NCBI GenBank assembly: GCA_964187785.1
Contig: OZ076421.1
Span: 41,106,001-41,170,000, forward strand
Origin: Amphiscolops sp. MND2022
Taxonomy: Eukaryota
Direction of reading: 5' to 3'
Length of the DNA stretch: 64,000 bases
Positions 35,314 to 48,100 of the stretch are shown here, piece after piece. Made by a program: the position numbers and the translations under genes. Numbering within the stretch: the first letter of the stretch is position 1; every line of letters begins with the position of its first letter. Below the pieces are notes generated by a model. It searched no databases and was not told the origin of the DNA. It worked only from the letters and a program-made list of their open reading frames with translations.

Positions 35314-35801
35314 CTGAAAACCAATTTTTTCTCCACTATGATTTCATGAATCTTCATCAATCAAGTGCCATGTGTGTCATCATGTTGGGTGGAGAAAGAA
35401 GAATTTGAATTTACTCTGATGCGTATGTATAAAATAGGCCCCTCCGGGGCTCAGTACTATTTCTGCTTTAATCTTTATTTTTTTAAAACAAAAAATCATT
35501 AATAAAAGAATCATATCTGGAATACCAATACACTCCTGTTTAATCATTACTTAGAGCACAATTAATCACTGTACAAGTTTACACCGCCTTTAATTCTTCT
35601 CGGACTAAAGAAAATATAACTAAGCGTAGACGAAGTTTCGCATTCGCATTTGAATGCAGGCGAAGCTCTCAACGAACGAATAATTAACACTCATTCGCTT
35701 CATCTCAATGACGTCAGCATACGAATGGATAATTACCACTCGCTCGTTCTATCGCACTAGAATTGAATTGTTGTCGGCAGCTTTCCCACGCTTACACTCA
35801 C
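35314..35801 (-). other. Candidate 5'-UTR intron of COASY
   Basis: Donor GTGAGT at 35801 and acceptor ggttttcag at 35314, 70 nt upstream of the ATG; signal-only prediction. Confidence 0.35.
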
Positions 35802-35980
35802 TGCCGAACAAAATATCTGAATTATTCAGTAGGACGAAATTTGACGACTGAAAAAAAAAGGACCAACTTTGAGGTTACAATAACATTCCTGCTAAAGCAG
35901 AAATATTAATAAATGAAAGTATACAAAACATTCGAACAACTAAATAAACACACAGCACCAGATGGGACACTCCAAAGGTA

Positions 35981-36680
35981 TTGTTGTTGTTGTTGTTGTA
36001 GTGGCTTTACAGCTAGGCTGAAGGGACTTCTCCCCGACGGTTATTATCAGAATATCCTAGTTGTGTTTCGGCAGTTTTGACAGTCACAGTATATTTGGTA
36101 GGTGCACAATTGATCTTCAAGATAGAGCTGGTGAAAGTATTGCCACATGAAGTCCAGAATTCTATTTTTGAGCCCCAAAGGTTCGAAGAATGCCACTCTC
36201 TCCGGAAGTTTGTTCGCAAGTCGACACGTCCTGAAACAGAACTCAGCGCGAGATTTCTCAGTACGGGCAGTTTTTATATCGAACATCATTCTGCCCTTTT
36301 TAGACATTGTCGTTGTGATATTCAAATCAACCCCCGTGAAGCGCAATTCGTGAAAATATTTTGAGAGGAATAGTAGGTTCTTTAGTTGGAAGAACATAGG
36401 CACTGGTAGAAGATTGCATTTTAAGAGAAGCTCTTTGTGAGTCGAATGATAGTCACGACATACCAATTTGAGGACTCTTTTCTGGAAATTTTCAAGTAAT
36501 TTTAAACTGGTTCTGGAAAGGCTGAAGCAGCAACAAGCAAATGACAGAATTGGCAGTAGCATAGATTTATACAAATTTAGTCTGACTCGTATTTGTGTAG
36601 CGGAGGTGTTCCTTTTGATAAAGAAGAAAACTGTGTTGGCTTTACGAATTTTGCTTTCAATATGGGGTATTCCTAAACGG
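35981..36680 (-). mobile_element. 5'-truncated non-LTR retrotransposon (CR1/L2/Jockey-type ORF2 C-terminus) with (CAA)n tail
   Basis: KANTVFFFIKRN...LYKSMLLPILSF...LENFQKRVLK..F..RT..L.N.LP typical of the RT C-terminal region; tail (gtt)7 on plus at 35981-36000. Confidence 0.8.
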
Positions 36681-36951
36681 AGGAGGACCCTCCAAACACA
36701 AGGGCATCAGCAAAAGACTATGTCTGCTAGACGTTCGCAATTTAAGTTGTTTTTAAATTTTAAGATCACCTTTTCGTCTCATTTTCACCGATAGATTTAT
36801 TATTGCAAGGTAACATCTTCGTTTTTTGGGGGTGGGCGGAAATAGGTCGAAGGAACGGGATCGAAAATCAGAGATAGTCCTCAGGTTGACATACCAAACT
36901 TTTGAATGGATAGAAACAACTCGGATCGAAATTTTTATAACGTAGTCAGAT

Positions 36952-37684
36952 AGGTTACCAGTCCCTTGGCTTAATACCATTTGGCTTAATTTTTTCGTAG
37001 AGTCATTCGGCTTAAAAATTTTAAGCCAAGTGACCACAAAACTAAGCCAACTCCATTCGAACTCAATGAATAAAGAAGTCAACTCCCAGAAATATCAAAA
37101 TGTGGGGCATATGCGGTGTATGCACGCTCGCCCTCACCGTCGCAAAGACCAGCTCCCACTACGATCGCTTCGCGATCTTCGTTCCCGCTAGGTCTTTGCT
37201 CCTGTTCGACCTCGCTTAGCAAGATGGGAATATAAGCGGCCCCAAGGGGCCACAGGGCACTAGAGGAAATGGGGACATATCCGAGGGGTACTTGATATGA
37301 CATGTTATGATAATACGCTGACTACGTTATAAAGATAAATTTGACAAAATCTGCCACGTGTTTTCATCTGAATATGGGACAGTTTGCCGAAACCCATTTT
37401 GCCGAAGTGTCCCTACCTTGCCCATTTTGCCGAATTTTTTTTCGGCAAAGTGGGCATCCGTATTCGGCAAAATGTCCCATGCATTCGGCAAAGTGGGATT
37501 CGGCAAAATGGGATTCGGCAAAAAGGGCATATACCTTTCAACTAAGTGGTTTTAAGTCAAATGACTTTAAGCCAAGTGACCAATACCCGAGACACTTAGC
37601 TTTAAAAAAGTAAGCCAAGTGACCAATTGTATTAAGCCAAATGACTTTAAGCCAAATGGCATTAAGCCAAGTGACCATTTACCG
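36952..37684. mobile_element. MITE family A, copy 1 (CGGT...ACCG termini, ttaagccaa(g/a)tg subterminal repeats, ~6-bp TSD)
   Basis: aggttaccagtcccttgg...ccaagtgaccatttaccg; flanks tcagat/tcagaa; same organisation as 38731-39194. Confidence 0.75.
37367..37535. mobile_element. 169-bp palindromic MITE (tttgccgaa/ttcggcaaa repeats) nested in MITE A copy 1
   Basis: tttca duplicated at 37362-37366 and 37536-37540; the empty site cacgtgttttcaactaag is present in copy 2 (~39134-39151). Confidence 0.8.
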
Positions 37685-37861
37685 TCAGAAATGTTCACAT
37701 ACCCCTAGTGCGCTGAATGCAGGAGCGAAGCGGAGCGACGTGCCATATGGCCATGCCTCAATGTTGCTACTTGGCTGAAGGAGCGAAGCGACCGAGCCAT
37801 ACAACAAATACGATAAAATTTGACCGCATTCAATTCGATCCCTGCAATTCGATCAAAAGGT

Positions 37862-38366
37862 TCGGCTTCAGGCAATAAGTTCGATTTACTAAGTTCGAAT
37901 GTGAACTAGTGGAATAAGTTCGAATAGGAATAGTTTCGAGACACCAAGTTCGAATTTTCATATCGGGATGTCCGGTATGTCAAGAATAAAATATTACCTT
38001 TCGTAAATGTCTCAGAAAATTTTCAATACTTTTCCTCTTTAATGTGGGGCAAATCCGGTGTATGCACGCTCGCCCTCACCGTCACAAAGACCAGCTCCCA
38101 CTACGATCGCTTCGCGATCTCCGTTCCCGCTAGGTCTTTGCTCCTGTTCGACCTCGCTTAGCAAGATGGGAACATAAGAGGCCCCAAGGGGCCGCGGGGC
38201 ACTAGATGAATTGGGGAAATATCAGAGGCACGTTTTATACTTACGGCGGTTTGTTCAAAATTCGAACACAGTGATTCGAACTTGTTCCAATTTTTGGAAA
38301 ATTCGAACTTAGTCCATTCGAAATTGAAACTCGTACTTATGCGTTCGAACTTAATACCGTGCCCTA
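37862..38366. mobile_element. MITE family B, copy 1 (ttcgaa repeats, hAT-like right end)
   Basis: ggcaataagttcga...tcgaacttaataccgtgcccta; homologous to 56285-56748 and 60797-61299. Confidence 0.7.
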
Positions 38367-38646
38367 AAGGTTTGACCTCTGTCCTTTCGACCAGAAAATT
38401 TCGACCTATTTACAGCCACCCGTTTTTTGGATGATTCAGTAACAGAGTTCCGCAAAATTCAAGTGATTGTCGACTGTCTTCTGTTCGGACTGCAGGTACA
38501 TGGAACATATTGGAACAAAATCCGCAAAATCCGTGTATCCCAGTCGACCGTTAGAACTGTGGTTGTATAAAATGTTGTTTTTATGAAATGATTGAATTAA
38601 ATTTGATAATGACAAGTCAGTTTTTATTCAGTGAGAAGAGTAGAAC

Positions 38647-39271
38647 GAACTTGACTCTTGAAATAAAGTGGGGGAAGTGTGAAGAAACGTGGCAGAAAAT
38701 AAACAGTTCAAACTTGTTCATACGTAATTTCGGTTACCAGTCACTTGGTTTATTACCATTTGGCTTAATTTTTTCGTCGAGTCTTTTGGCTTAAAAATTT
38801 TAAGCCAAGTGACCACAAAATTAAACCAACTCCATTCCAACTCAAGGAATAACTATATCAACTCCCGGAAATGTCATAATGTGGGGCATATGCGGTGTAT
38901 GCACGCTCGCCCTCACCGTCGCAAAGACCAGCTCCCACTGCGATCGCTTCGCGTTTTTCGTTCCCGCTAGGTCTTTGCTCCTGTTCGACCTCGCTTAGCA
39001 AGATGGGAATATAAGCGGCCCCAAGGGGCCGCAGGGCACTAGAGGAAATGGGGACATACCCGAGGAGTACTTGATATGACATGTTATAATAATACGCTGA
39101 CTACGTTATAAAGATAAATTCGACAAAATCTACCACGTGTTTTCAACTAAGTGGTTTTAAGCCAAATGGCATTAAGCAAAGAGACAATTTACCGTAATTT
39201 CATGTGTTGAATTCTGATTGATTAATGCAAAAGTTAGCATCACAAACGAATATTTTGAGAAAGCATCAACA
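38647..39271 (-). repeat. BEL-2 3' LTR (interrupted by MITE A)
   Basis: Begins TGTTGATGC on minus at 39271; aligns to 55745-55898 after removing 38731-39200. Confidence 0.85.
38731..39194. mobile_element. MITE family A, copy 2, inserted in the BEL-2 3' LTR
   Basis: CGGTtacc...tttACCG flanked by a perfect TAATTT duplication (38725-38730, 39195-39200); absent from the BEL-2 5' LTR. Confidence 0.88.
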
Positions 39272-39329
39272 TAAGTCGCCCGGTTTGAAGTCCTCCAATA
39301 AAAATTGGAGTTCTATTTTCAGATACTTC

Positions 39330-40123
39330 ATGGCACAATTCGTTGATACCGACAATGAGAGGGAGAGAAGTGGGAGGAAACGGCGCATAGATCCCTTCAA
39401 ACAGAGCCACGGATATGGTCTGCGAGCCAATGATTCTGCGAAGTTGCCGGAGTTTGAGATCTTCCTCAAGTAGCTTAAGTCGTCATACTTGACTCCAGTG
39501 CCTCTAAAGACGCTCCAGCAGGTGCTTGAAGATCCTCGAGAGTTGGCGGTCATTCAGGAGCGAGTGGCAACACTTTCTTCAGAAGATGAAGAGACTCTAC
39601 GGAAGTTGCATTCGTTGGATGATCTTCCAGAGACTTGGAAGGGAGGTGTGCTGTTGTCAAATAGTGTTGTCAACCCCTTCTAGAGTCGTGGAGAAGTATA
39701 GTTTCAGAGGCTTCCATGTTGAAGTTGATGAGGAAGGATATTCTTTTTCTTTAACGAGATACTCTCGTTACTGGGAGAAAGATTTGGATGTACTGTCTGC
39801 CTTCACCAACAGGGAAGAAGCTGGATGCGGCTGCACGAGATTGTAGAAAGTCCATTTCTGAGACTATCAATCTTGTGCAAGGTCTCTCTAGGATGCAGGC
39901 CCGTCAGGTGTCTTGGACTCTTCTGGAGCCTGGATGCACCATGTACTTCCCGTACCTCTTCTTGCACTCTGTTTGGACGGACGTACAGTCTGGGTCAGTG
40001 TGCACGATGTACAGCTGCGAAAGGACGTTCGAAGAAGGATGGCGTACTGAGCAGATGAGGCGACCTGACCAGTACTTGGCTCTCGGGTGCCGGAGGGGTG
40101 AAGAGTTTGGCTCCAGTTCCTGA
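39330..40123 (+). pseudogene. JmjC-like (2-oxoglutarate/Fe(II) oxygenase, cupin fold) ORF of ~264 codons, antisense to BEL-2; 1 stop and 2 frameshifts
   Basis: SFRGFHVE (His 39715-39717, Glu 39721-39723), LVTGRKIWMYCLPSPT (Lys 39779-39781), LLEPGCTMYFPYLFLHSVWT (His 39965-39967); N-terminal GRKRR; AATAAA at ~40202. Confidence 0.75.
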
Positions 40124-40519
40124 TAGAGGTAGGTATATCAGTCTTCTTCATTTCTCTTGAAAAACTAGGTGATCAGTAACCATTTAAAGCTACAAGACCG
40201 AAATAAAAGCGGTAAAATGCATCTTGTGATAAGTTGAAATGGTATATGAAGTAGTCAGCAGTCTAGTAAAAGGCATAATTTTTGATCATTAGATAACAAT
40301 GACTTGAACTAGGATGATGAATTGAAAATTTCCATAAGCTAGAGGCTAATAGGGGGCGAATACCCAATTTCCCGTGGTCCGTATCCTAAACGGGTCATGA
40401 GGGGTACTTTTTGCGACTGTGGGTTGACAGAAAAAAAATTATAACGAAATTAACCAAAGTTTTCTGTCCCTTTCTCACCTCAAGGACCACTGGAGGATCT
40501 GTCTACCAATGATTCAGCT

Positions 40520-42100
40520 AGCGGTAGCTTTCTGAGTTTCATTATAGGTCGATTGAAGTTTTCTTTGACGTTTTGATCTCTGCTACCCTCGGAATTTCAT
40601 CATTCCTTTTATATAGTTTCGAGATTCTGGCAAGTTTCCACACCAGTGGGGCTTCGATGACTTCAGCAACCAGAACAAGGTCGCCCACGTTTATACAAGG
40701 TCCAATGGGGAACCATTTCTTTCGTATTTGAAGTTCCACGAGGTAGTCTCTGCTCCAAGAGATCTTGTTGCTTCCAGAAATCTTGTTGAATTCGTTGAAG
40801 GAGTTTTAGTCTCTGTCCGGCAGGTACATCTATAACTTCTCTGGCTATTGAAAGTAGCGACTCTTCAATAATGAAGTGTGCGGGCGTTTTAGCTCGGCAG
40901 TCATTGGGGTCATTGGACATTGGAAAGAGTGACCTTGAGTTTATGATTGCTTCAATTTGCTGAAGAATTGTCAGGAGTTATTCATATTTTAAAGTTTGAT
41001 GTCCGAGTATGCGTCTCAGAAGTCTCTTCATACTCTTTACAGCGGCTTCCCATATACCACCGAAGTGTGGCGCTCGAGGCGGAATCGTAACCCATTCAGT
41101 GCCTTGACTTGTCAAGTGTCTCAGAAGTTGTTTACCATCAGCGGTTTCTTTATTAAGAAGTGCTTGAATTCGTAGGAAATCATTTCTGGCCCCAATGAAG
41201 TTGCTTCCATTGTCTGTTATAATCTTCTTAGGTGCTCCTCTTCTTGAAGTGAAGCGTTTAAGAGCCATTATGCAGTCCTCCTTGGTTAGTTTTGAAACGA
41301 ACTCCAAATGAATGGGTTCTGTGACTAGGCAAATGAATACAGCTATATAGATCTTGGGATTTTTCTTGGCCTTGTCCTTGAAATGTCCAGCGAAATCTAT
41401 TATGCAGGTGAAAACGCCCTAGCCGGGGTCACGCGTTCGCTAGGTAGGTCAGCCATTAGTTGAGGAGTAGACGTGAAAAAGGAAACATTTGAAACAATTC
41501 TTGTTGAAACTATTTACCGTTTTTCTGCCGTTAACCAGTCAGAATTGTATTGAGAGTCAATATGCCTCCCCCATGAAGTGTAACTTCATGGCAGTGACGA
41601 ATTAGAAGCTCCTTTAGAGGTGATTCCTTGGCAATCAGGTAGGGAAACTTCTTGTCTTCAAGCAAACTTGTTTGTGCGAGACGACCTCCGACACGAATGA
41701 CATAAATTTCTGAATGCCATGAAAGGGTGACAGGTTGAGGAGAGAGTATATTTGTGTCATTTCATTATGCATTTCAGAATTGCGTACTCTTCTGGGAATG
41801 TTTGTATCTGATCTTGTCTAATGATGTTTGCAGTTGCAATTCTACGAGTTTCGGTTTCTGCTAGTTGTGGAGTATGACAGTCGATTCTTGTTCTCAGCGC
41901 ATTGATGGACCGTATGACGTTGCTGACGATGTTGTTGAGCTTATTGAAGCTGCTGAATTTTTCAATCGGCAGAACTTGAGTACTTGAATTGAATCTCTGG
42001 ATGCTTGTGAGTGTCGTATCTTCACAGGAGTAAATGTTCTGTTTTTGGTCTTGGAAGTTTCCTTCAGCTCATGTTTCTCTGGTAGACAGATGAAGAGTGT
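40520..42100 (-). pseudogene. BEL-2 integrase region
   Basis: DFAGHF, ALKRFTSRRG..ITDNGSNFIGA, PPRAPHFGGIWEAAVKSMK, VGDLVLV..WKLARI. Confidence 0.92.
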
Positions 42101-45100
42101 TCATCTAGTTGAAGCCAATAAGATTTTGGGTGTGGTAACCATTCAGGGCCAGACGACCAAAGGCGAAAGTTAACGGTATCTTCAACTGAGAGCCCCCTGA
42201 GGCCAGACCTGCAGTGTTGTCATTTGTTGGAACATGATTCCAGCTATCTTTTTTGATAATTTCTTTTTTGGAAGAAACTCTGTTTGCTACAAAGGTGGTC
42301 AAAGTTCGCGGGAGTTGCGATAACCACTGGAGAGTGATGATGGAGTCTCTCCATGCGTGAAAAGATTGTTTACGACCAGTTATATGAAGAGTTGACATGG
42401 TAGCTTCAAACAGTTTTGCGGCTAAGTGTGCACCACAAAACTAAAGACAAGGCATTGAGACAACTTTCACTGGGGCAACCTTCGTTTTAGAAAAGATCAA
42501 ATACCGAACTCACATTTCCAAAGACATCAGTGGTACGAGCATAGATGACGGCAGCATATGCCTTCAAGGCATCGCAGAAAACATAGAGTTGAAAGTCTTG
42601 AATTGCATTTTTTACAAGTGCACGCGGCATTGTGATTTGGGCGAACTATTTCAGCTCAGAATAGTACTGTAAAAACTGATGCTTGATCGGTTCCAGAACC
42701 AGCTCGTCCCGCTTGACTCCAGTCAACCAAATTTGCTGAAGTAGAATTTTGAAGACGATGATGATGGGAGATAGCCAACCCATTGGATCATACACTTCGG
42801 CTGTAGCTGAAAATAGACTGCCTTTGGTGAGCACTGTCACAGCAGGTAGATCCGTTTTGAAACATATGATGTCCAGGTTTGGTTTCCAAATCATTCCTAC
42901 AGCCTTTATTTAGTAGTCGTCTGACAAGATTTCACATTCGTTAGCTGTTTCTCGCAGCTCATCGGGTAATTCCTTAATCAATGAAGAACAGCTTGATACC
43001 CATTTACGCACTGGGAATCCATATTTGAGGAGTTCGGAATGAAGATCTGCAATCAGTTTTCGTGCATCTTCAACAGAATTTTCTCCGTCGAGTAAGTCAT
43101 CCACATAGAAAGACTGCTCCAAGTGATATTGGACCTGTGAGTTGCAAGTTCGCTTGGCAGCTTCTTTTTGACAGCTCGTGGAATGAAAGGATGATTATGC
43201 AATGCCGTATGTCACTATTGTTATGCGAAAAAAATGCACAGGTATGTCCTTTCTTTCACGCCAAATGATCCGATGAAAATCCTTGTCTGATACGTCTAAA
43301 GCAACCTGTCTGTACATTTTCTCTATATTAGCTGACAAAGCAACAAGTACCACTCAAAAGCGCAAAATGATGGAACAAAGATCGTCCTGTATTGTTGGAC
43401 CAATCATCAGAGTGTCATTCAAAGACTTTCCAGTGGAAGTCTTCGCAGATCCATCGAAGACAACACGAAGTTTTGTAGTGGTCGAATCGTCTTTGAATAC
43501 GCAATGGTGGGGTAGGTAGAAGCTTTTGCTGTCCTCGCAGCGTGTCTCGTTCGCTGGAACCTCCTCTATATGCCCATTTCCCACAAATTGATCGATGAAT
43601 GACTCGTAGCGTGATTTGAGCTCTGGATCTGAATCTTGACGTTTTTCGTGTGACTTGAACTTTATGTTTGCTTGATCTAAACTTTCTCCCAACTGACAAT
43701 CTTACTTGAAGGGTAAAGTTACAGTGAAACAATTGTCTTGATTTTTGTCGTGTTAACAAAATGTTGTTCACAGGCTTCTTCTTCCTTGGAGAACTGACGA
43801 CCTTTTGGAATTTCCTCCAATTCCCAAAATTGCTTTATTCTCTTTTGATAAATTCTTGTTTGTAGGAAACTCTGTTTGCTACAAAAGTGGTCCAAGTTCA
43901 CGGGAGTTGCGATAACCACTGGAGAGTGATGGTGGAGTCTGTCCATGCGTGGAAAAGTTGTTCAAGACCAGGTATAGGAAGAGTTGACATGGTAGCTTCA
44001 AGCAGTTTTGCGGCTAAGTGTGCACCACAAAACTAAAGACAAGGCATTGAGACAACTTTCACTGGGGCAACCTTCATTTTAGAAGTGATCAAATGCGAAC
44101 TCACAATTCCTAAGACATCAGTGGTACGAGCATAGATGACGGCAGCATATACCTTCTCTGAGGCATCGCAGAAAACATGGAGTTGAAAGTCTTGAATTGC
44201 ATTTTTTACAAGTGCACGCGGCATTGTGATTTGGGCGAACTATTTCAGCTCAGAATAGTACTGTAAAAACTGCTGCTTGATCGGTTCCAGAACGAGCTCG
44301 TCCCATTTGACTCCAGTCAACCAAATTTGCTGAAGTAGAATTTTGAACACGATGATGATGGGAGATAGCCAACCCATTGGATCATACAATTTGGCTGTAG
44401 CTGGAAAAAGACTGCCTTTGGTGAGTACTGTCACAGCAGGTAGATCCGTTATGAAACAAATGATGTCCAGGTTTGGTTTCCAAATCATTCCTACAGCCTT
44501 AAATTAGTAGTCGTCTGACAAGATTTCGCATTCGTTAGCTGTTTCTCGCAGCTCATCGGGTAATTCCTTAATCAATGAAGAACAGCTTGATACCCATTTA
44601 CGCACTGGGAATCCATATTTGAGGAGTTCGGAATGATGATCTGCAATTAGTTTTCGTGCATCTTCAACAAAATTTTCTCCGCCAAGTAAATCATCCACAT
44701 AGAAGGACTGCTCCAAGTGATATTTGACCTGTGAGTTGCAAGTTCGGTTGGCAATTTCTTTCAGACATCTCGTGGAACGAAAGGATGAATATGCAATGCG
44801 TTATGTCACTATTGTTATGCGAAAAAAATGCACAGGTACGTCCTTTCTTTCACGCCAAATGATCCGATGAAAATCCTTGTCTGGTACGTCTAAAGCAACC
44901 TGTCTGTACATTTTCTCTATATCAGCTGACAAAGCAACAAGTACCACTCGAAAGCGCAAAATGATTGTAGAAAGATCTTCCTGTACTGTTGGACCAACCA
45001 TCAGAGTGTCATTCAAAGACTTTCCAGTGGAAGTTTTCGCAGATCCATCGAAGACAACACGAAGTTTTGTAGTGGTCCAATCCTCTTTGAATACGCAATG

Positions 45101-48100
45101 GTGGGGTAGGTAGAAGCTTTTGCTGTCCTCGCAGCGTGTCTCGTTCGCTGGAACCTCCTCCATATGCCCAGTTTCCACAAATTGATCGATGGATGACTCG
45201 TAGCGTGATTTGCGCTATGGATCTGAATCTAGACGTTTTTCAAGTGACTTGAACCTTCTGTTTGCTTGATCTAAACTTTCTCCCAACTGACAATCTTACT
45301 TGAATGGTAAAGTTACAGTGAAGCGGTTGTCTTGGTTTTTTGTCGTGTTAACAAAACGTTGTTCACAGGCTTCTTCTTCCTTGGAGAACTGACGACCTTT
45401 TGGAATTTCCTCCAATTCCCAAAATTGCTTGAGTCTCTTTTGATAAATTCTTGTTTGTAGGAAACTCTGTTTGCTACAAAAGTGGTCCAAGTTCACGGGA
45501 GTTGCGATAACCACTGGAGAGTGATGGTGGAGTCTGTCCATGCGTGGAAAAGTTGTTCAAGACCAGGTATAGGAAGAGTTGACATGGTAGCTTCAAGCAG
45601 TTTTGCGGCTAAGTGTGCACCACAAAACTAAAGACAAGGCATTGAGACAACTTTCACTGGGGCAACCTTTGTTTTAGAAGTGATCAAATGCGAACTCACA
45701 TTTCCAAAGACATCAGTGGTACGAGCATAGATGACGGCAGCATACACCTTCTCTGAGGCATCGCAGAAAACATCGGGTTGAAAGTCTTGAATTGCATTTT
45801 TTACAAATGCACGCGGCATTGTGATTTGGGCGAACTATTTCAGCTCAGAATAGTACTGTAAAAACTGCTGCTTGATCGGTTCCAGAACGAGCTCGTCCCA
45901 CTTGACTCCAGTCAACCAAATTTACTGAAGTAGAATTTTGAACACGCTGATGATGGGAGATAGCCAACCCATTGGATCATACAATTTGGCTGTAGCTGGA
46001 AATAGACTGCCTTTGGTGAGTACTGTCACAGCAGGTAGATCCGTTATGAAACAAATGATGTCCAGGTTTGGTTTCCAAATCATTCCTACAGCCTTAATTT
46101 AGTAGTCGTCTGACAAGTTTTCACATTCGTTAGCTGTTTCTCGCAGCTCATCGGGTAATTCCTTAATCAATAGAACAGCTTGATACCCATTTACGCACTG
46201 GGAATCCATATTTGAGGAGTTCGGAATGATGATCTGCAATCAATTTTCGTGCATCTTCAACAGAATTTTCTCCGCCAAGTAAATCATCCACCTAGAAGGA
46301 CTGCTCCAAGTGATATTGGACCTCTGACTTGCAAGTTCGCTTGGCAACTTCTTTCAGACATCTCGTGGAATGAAAGGATGATTATGCAATGCCGTATGTC
46401 ACTATTGTTATGCGAAAAAATGCACAGGTACGTCCTTTCTTTCACGCCAAATGATCCGATGAAAATCCTTGTCTGGTACGTCTAAAGCAACCTGTCTGTA
46501 CATTTTCTCTATATCAGCTGACAAAGCAACAAGTACCACTCGAAAGCGCAAAATGATGGAACAAAGATCGTTTTGTACTGTTGCACCAACCATCAGAGGG
46601 TCATTCAAAGACTTTCCAGTTGAAGTCTTCGCAGATCCATCGAAGACAACACGAAGTTTTGTAGTGGTCGAATCGTCTTTGATTACGCAATGGTGGGGTA
46701 GGTAGAAGCTTTTGCTGTCCTCGCATCGTGTCTCGTTCGCTTAAACCTCCTCCATATGCCCAGTTTCCACAAATTGATCGATGAATGAGTGGTAGCGTGA
46801 TTTGAGCTCTGGATCTGAATCTAGACGTTTTTCAAGTGACTTGAACCTTCTGTTTGCTTGATCTAAACTTTCTCCCAACTGACAATCTTACTTGAATGAT
46901 TAAGTTACAGTGAAGCGGTTGTCTTGGTTTTTTGTCGTGTTAACAAAATGTTGTTCACAGGCTTCTTCTTCCTTGGAGAACTGACGACCTTTTGGAATTT
47001 CCTCCAATTCCCAAAATTGCTTTAATCTCTTTTGATAAATTCTTGTTTGTAGGAAACTCTGTTTGCTACAAAAGTGGTCCAAGTTCACGGGAGTTGCGAT
47101 AACCACTGGAGAGTGATGATGGAGTCTGTCCATGCGTGGAAAAGTTGTTCAAGACCAGTCTATTGAAGAGTTGACATGGTAGCTTCAAGCAGTTTTGCGG
47201 CTAAGTGTGCACCACAAAACTAAAGACAAGGCATTGAGACAACTTTCACTGGGGCAACCTTCGTTTTAGAAGTGATCAAATGCGAACTCACAATTCCTAA
47301 GACATCAGTGGTACGAGCATAGATGACGGCAGCATATACCTTCTCTGCGGCATCGCAGAAAACATTTAGTTGAAAATCTTGAATTGCATTTTTTACAAGT
47401 GCACGCGGCATTGTGATTTGGGCGACCTATTTCAGCTCAGAATAGTACTATAAAAACTGCTGCTTGATCGGTTCCAGAACGGGCTCGTCCCACTTGACTC
47501 CAGTCAGCCAAATTTGTTGAAGTAGAATTTTGAACACGATGATGATGGGAGATAGCCAACCCATTGGATCATACAATTTGGCTGTAGCTGGAAGTAGACT
47601 GCCTTTGGTGAGTACTGTCACAGCAGGTAGATCCGTTTTAAAACATATGATGTCGAGGTTTGGTTTCCAAATCATTCCTACAGCCTTAATTTAGTAGTCG
47701 TCTGACAAGATTTCACATTCGTTAGCTGTTTCTCGCAGCTCATCGGGTAATTCCTTAATCAATGGAACAGCTTGATACCCATTTACGCACTGAGAATCCA
47801 TATTTGAGGAGTTCGGAATGATGATCTCCAATCAATTTTTGTGCATCTTCAACAGAATTTTCTCCGCCAAGTAAATCATCCACATAGAAGGACTGCTCCA
47901 AGTGATATTGGACCTGTGAGTTGCAAGTTCGCTTGGCAACTTCTTTCAGACATCTCGTGAAATGAAAGGATGATTATGCAATGCCGTATGTCACTATTGT
48001 CATGCGAAAAAAATGCACAAGTACGTCCTCTCTTTCACTCCAAATGATCCGATGAAAATGATCCGATCATTGTCTGGTACGTCTAAAGCAACCTGTCTGT

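Noticed and set aside
35620-35760. Imperfect short repeats ending in ctag upstream of COASY, and gagcgaagcg motifs at 37720-37800
   Set aside because: Suggestive of Helitron remnants but single-copy here and without clear termini.
35960-36700. TSD of the CR1/L2-type LINE
   Set aside because: Two competing imperfect candidates (aatacc; tttggag(t/g)gtcc) could not be resolved.
37079-37303. 74-aa minus-strand ORF repeated at 38858-39082
   Set aside because: Conservation is explained by recent MITE copying; the frame is not maintained in the family B copies and has no motif.
37367-38366. Short regularly recurring motifs (ttcggcaaa, ttaagccaa, ttcgaa) resembling a CRISPR array
   Set aside because: Repeats are under 12 bp, irregularly spaced and in inverted orientation; eukaryotic context with no cas genes. 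They are MITE subterminal repeats.
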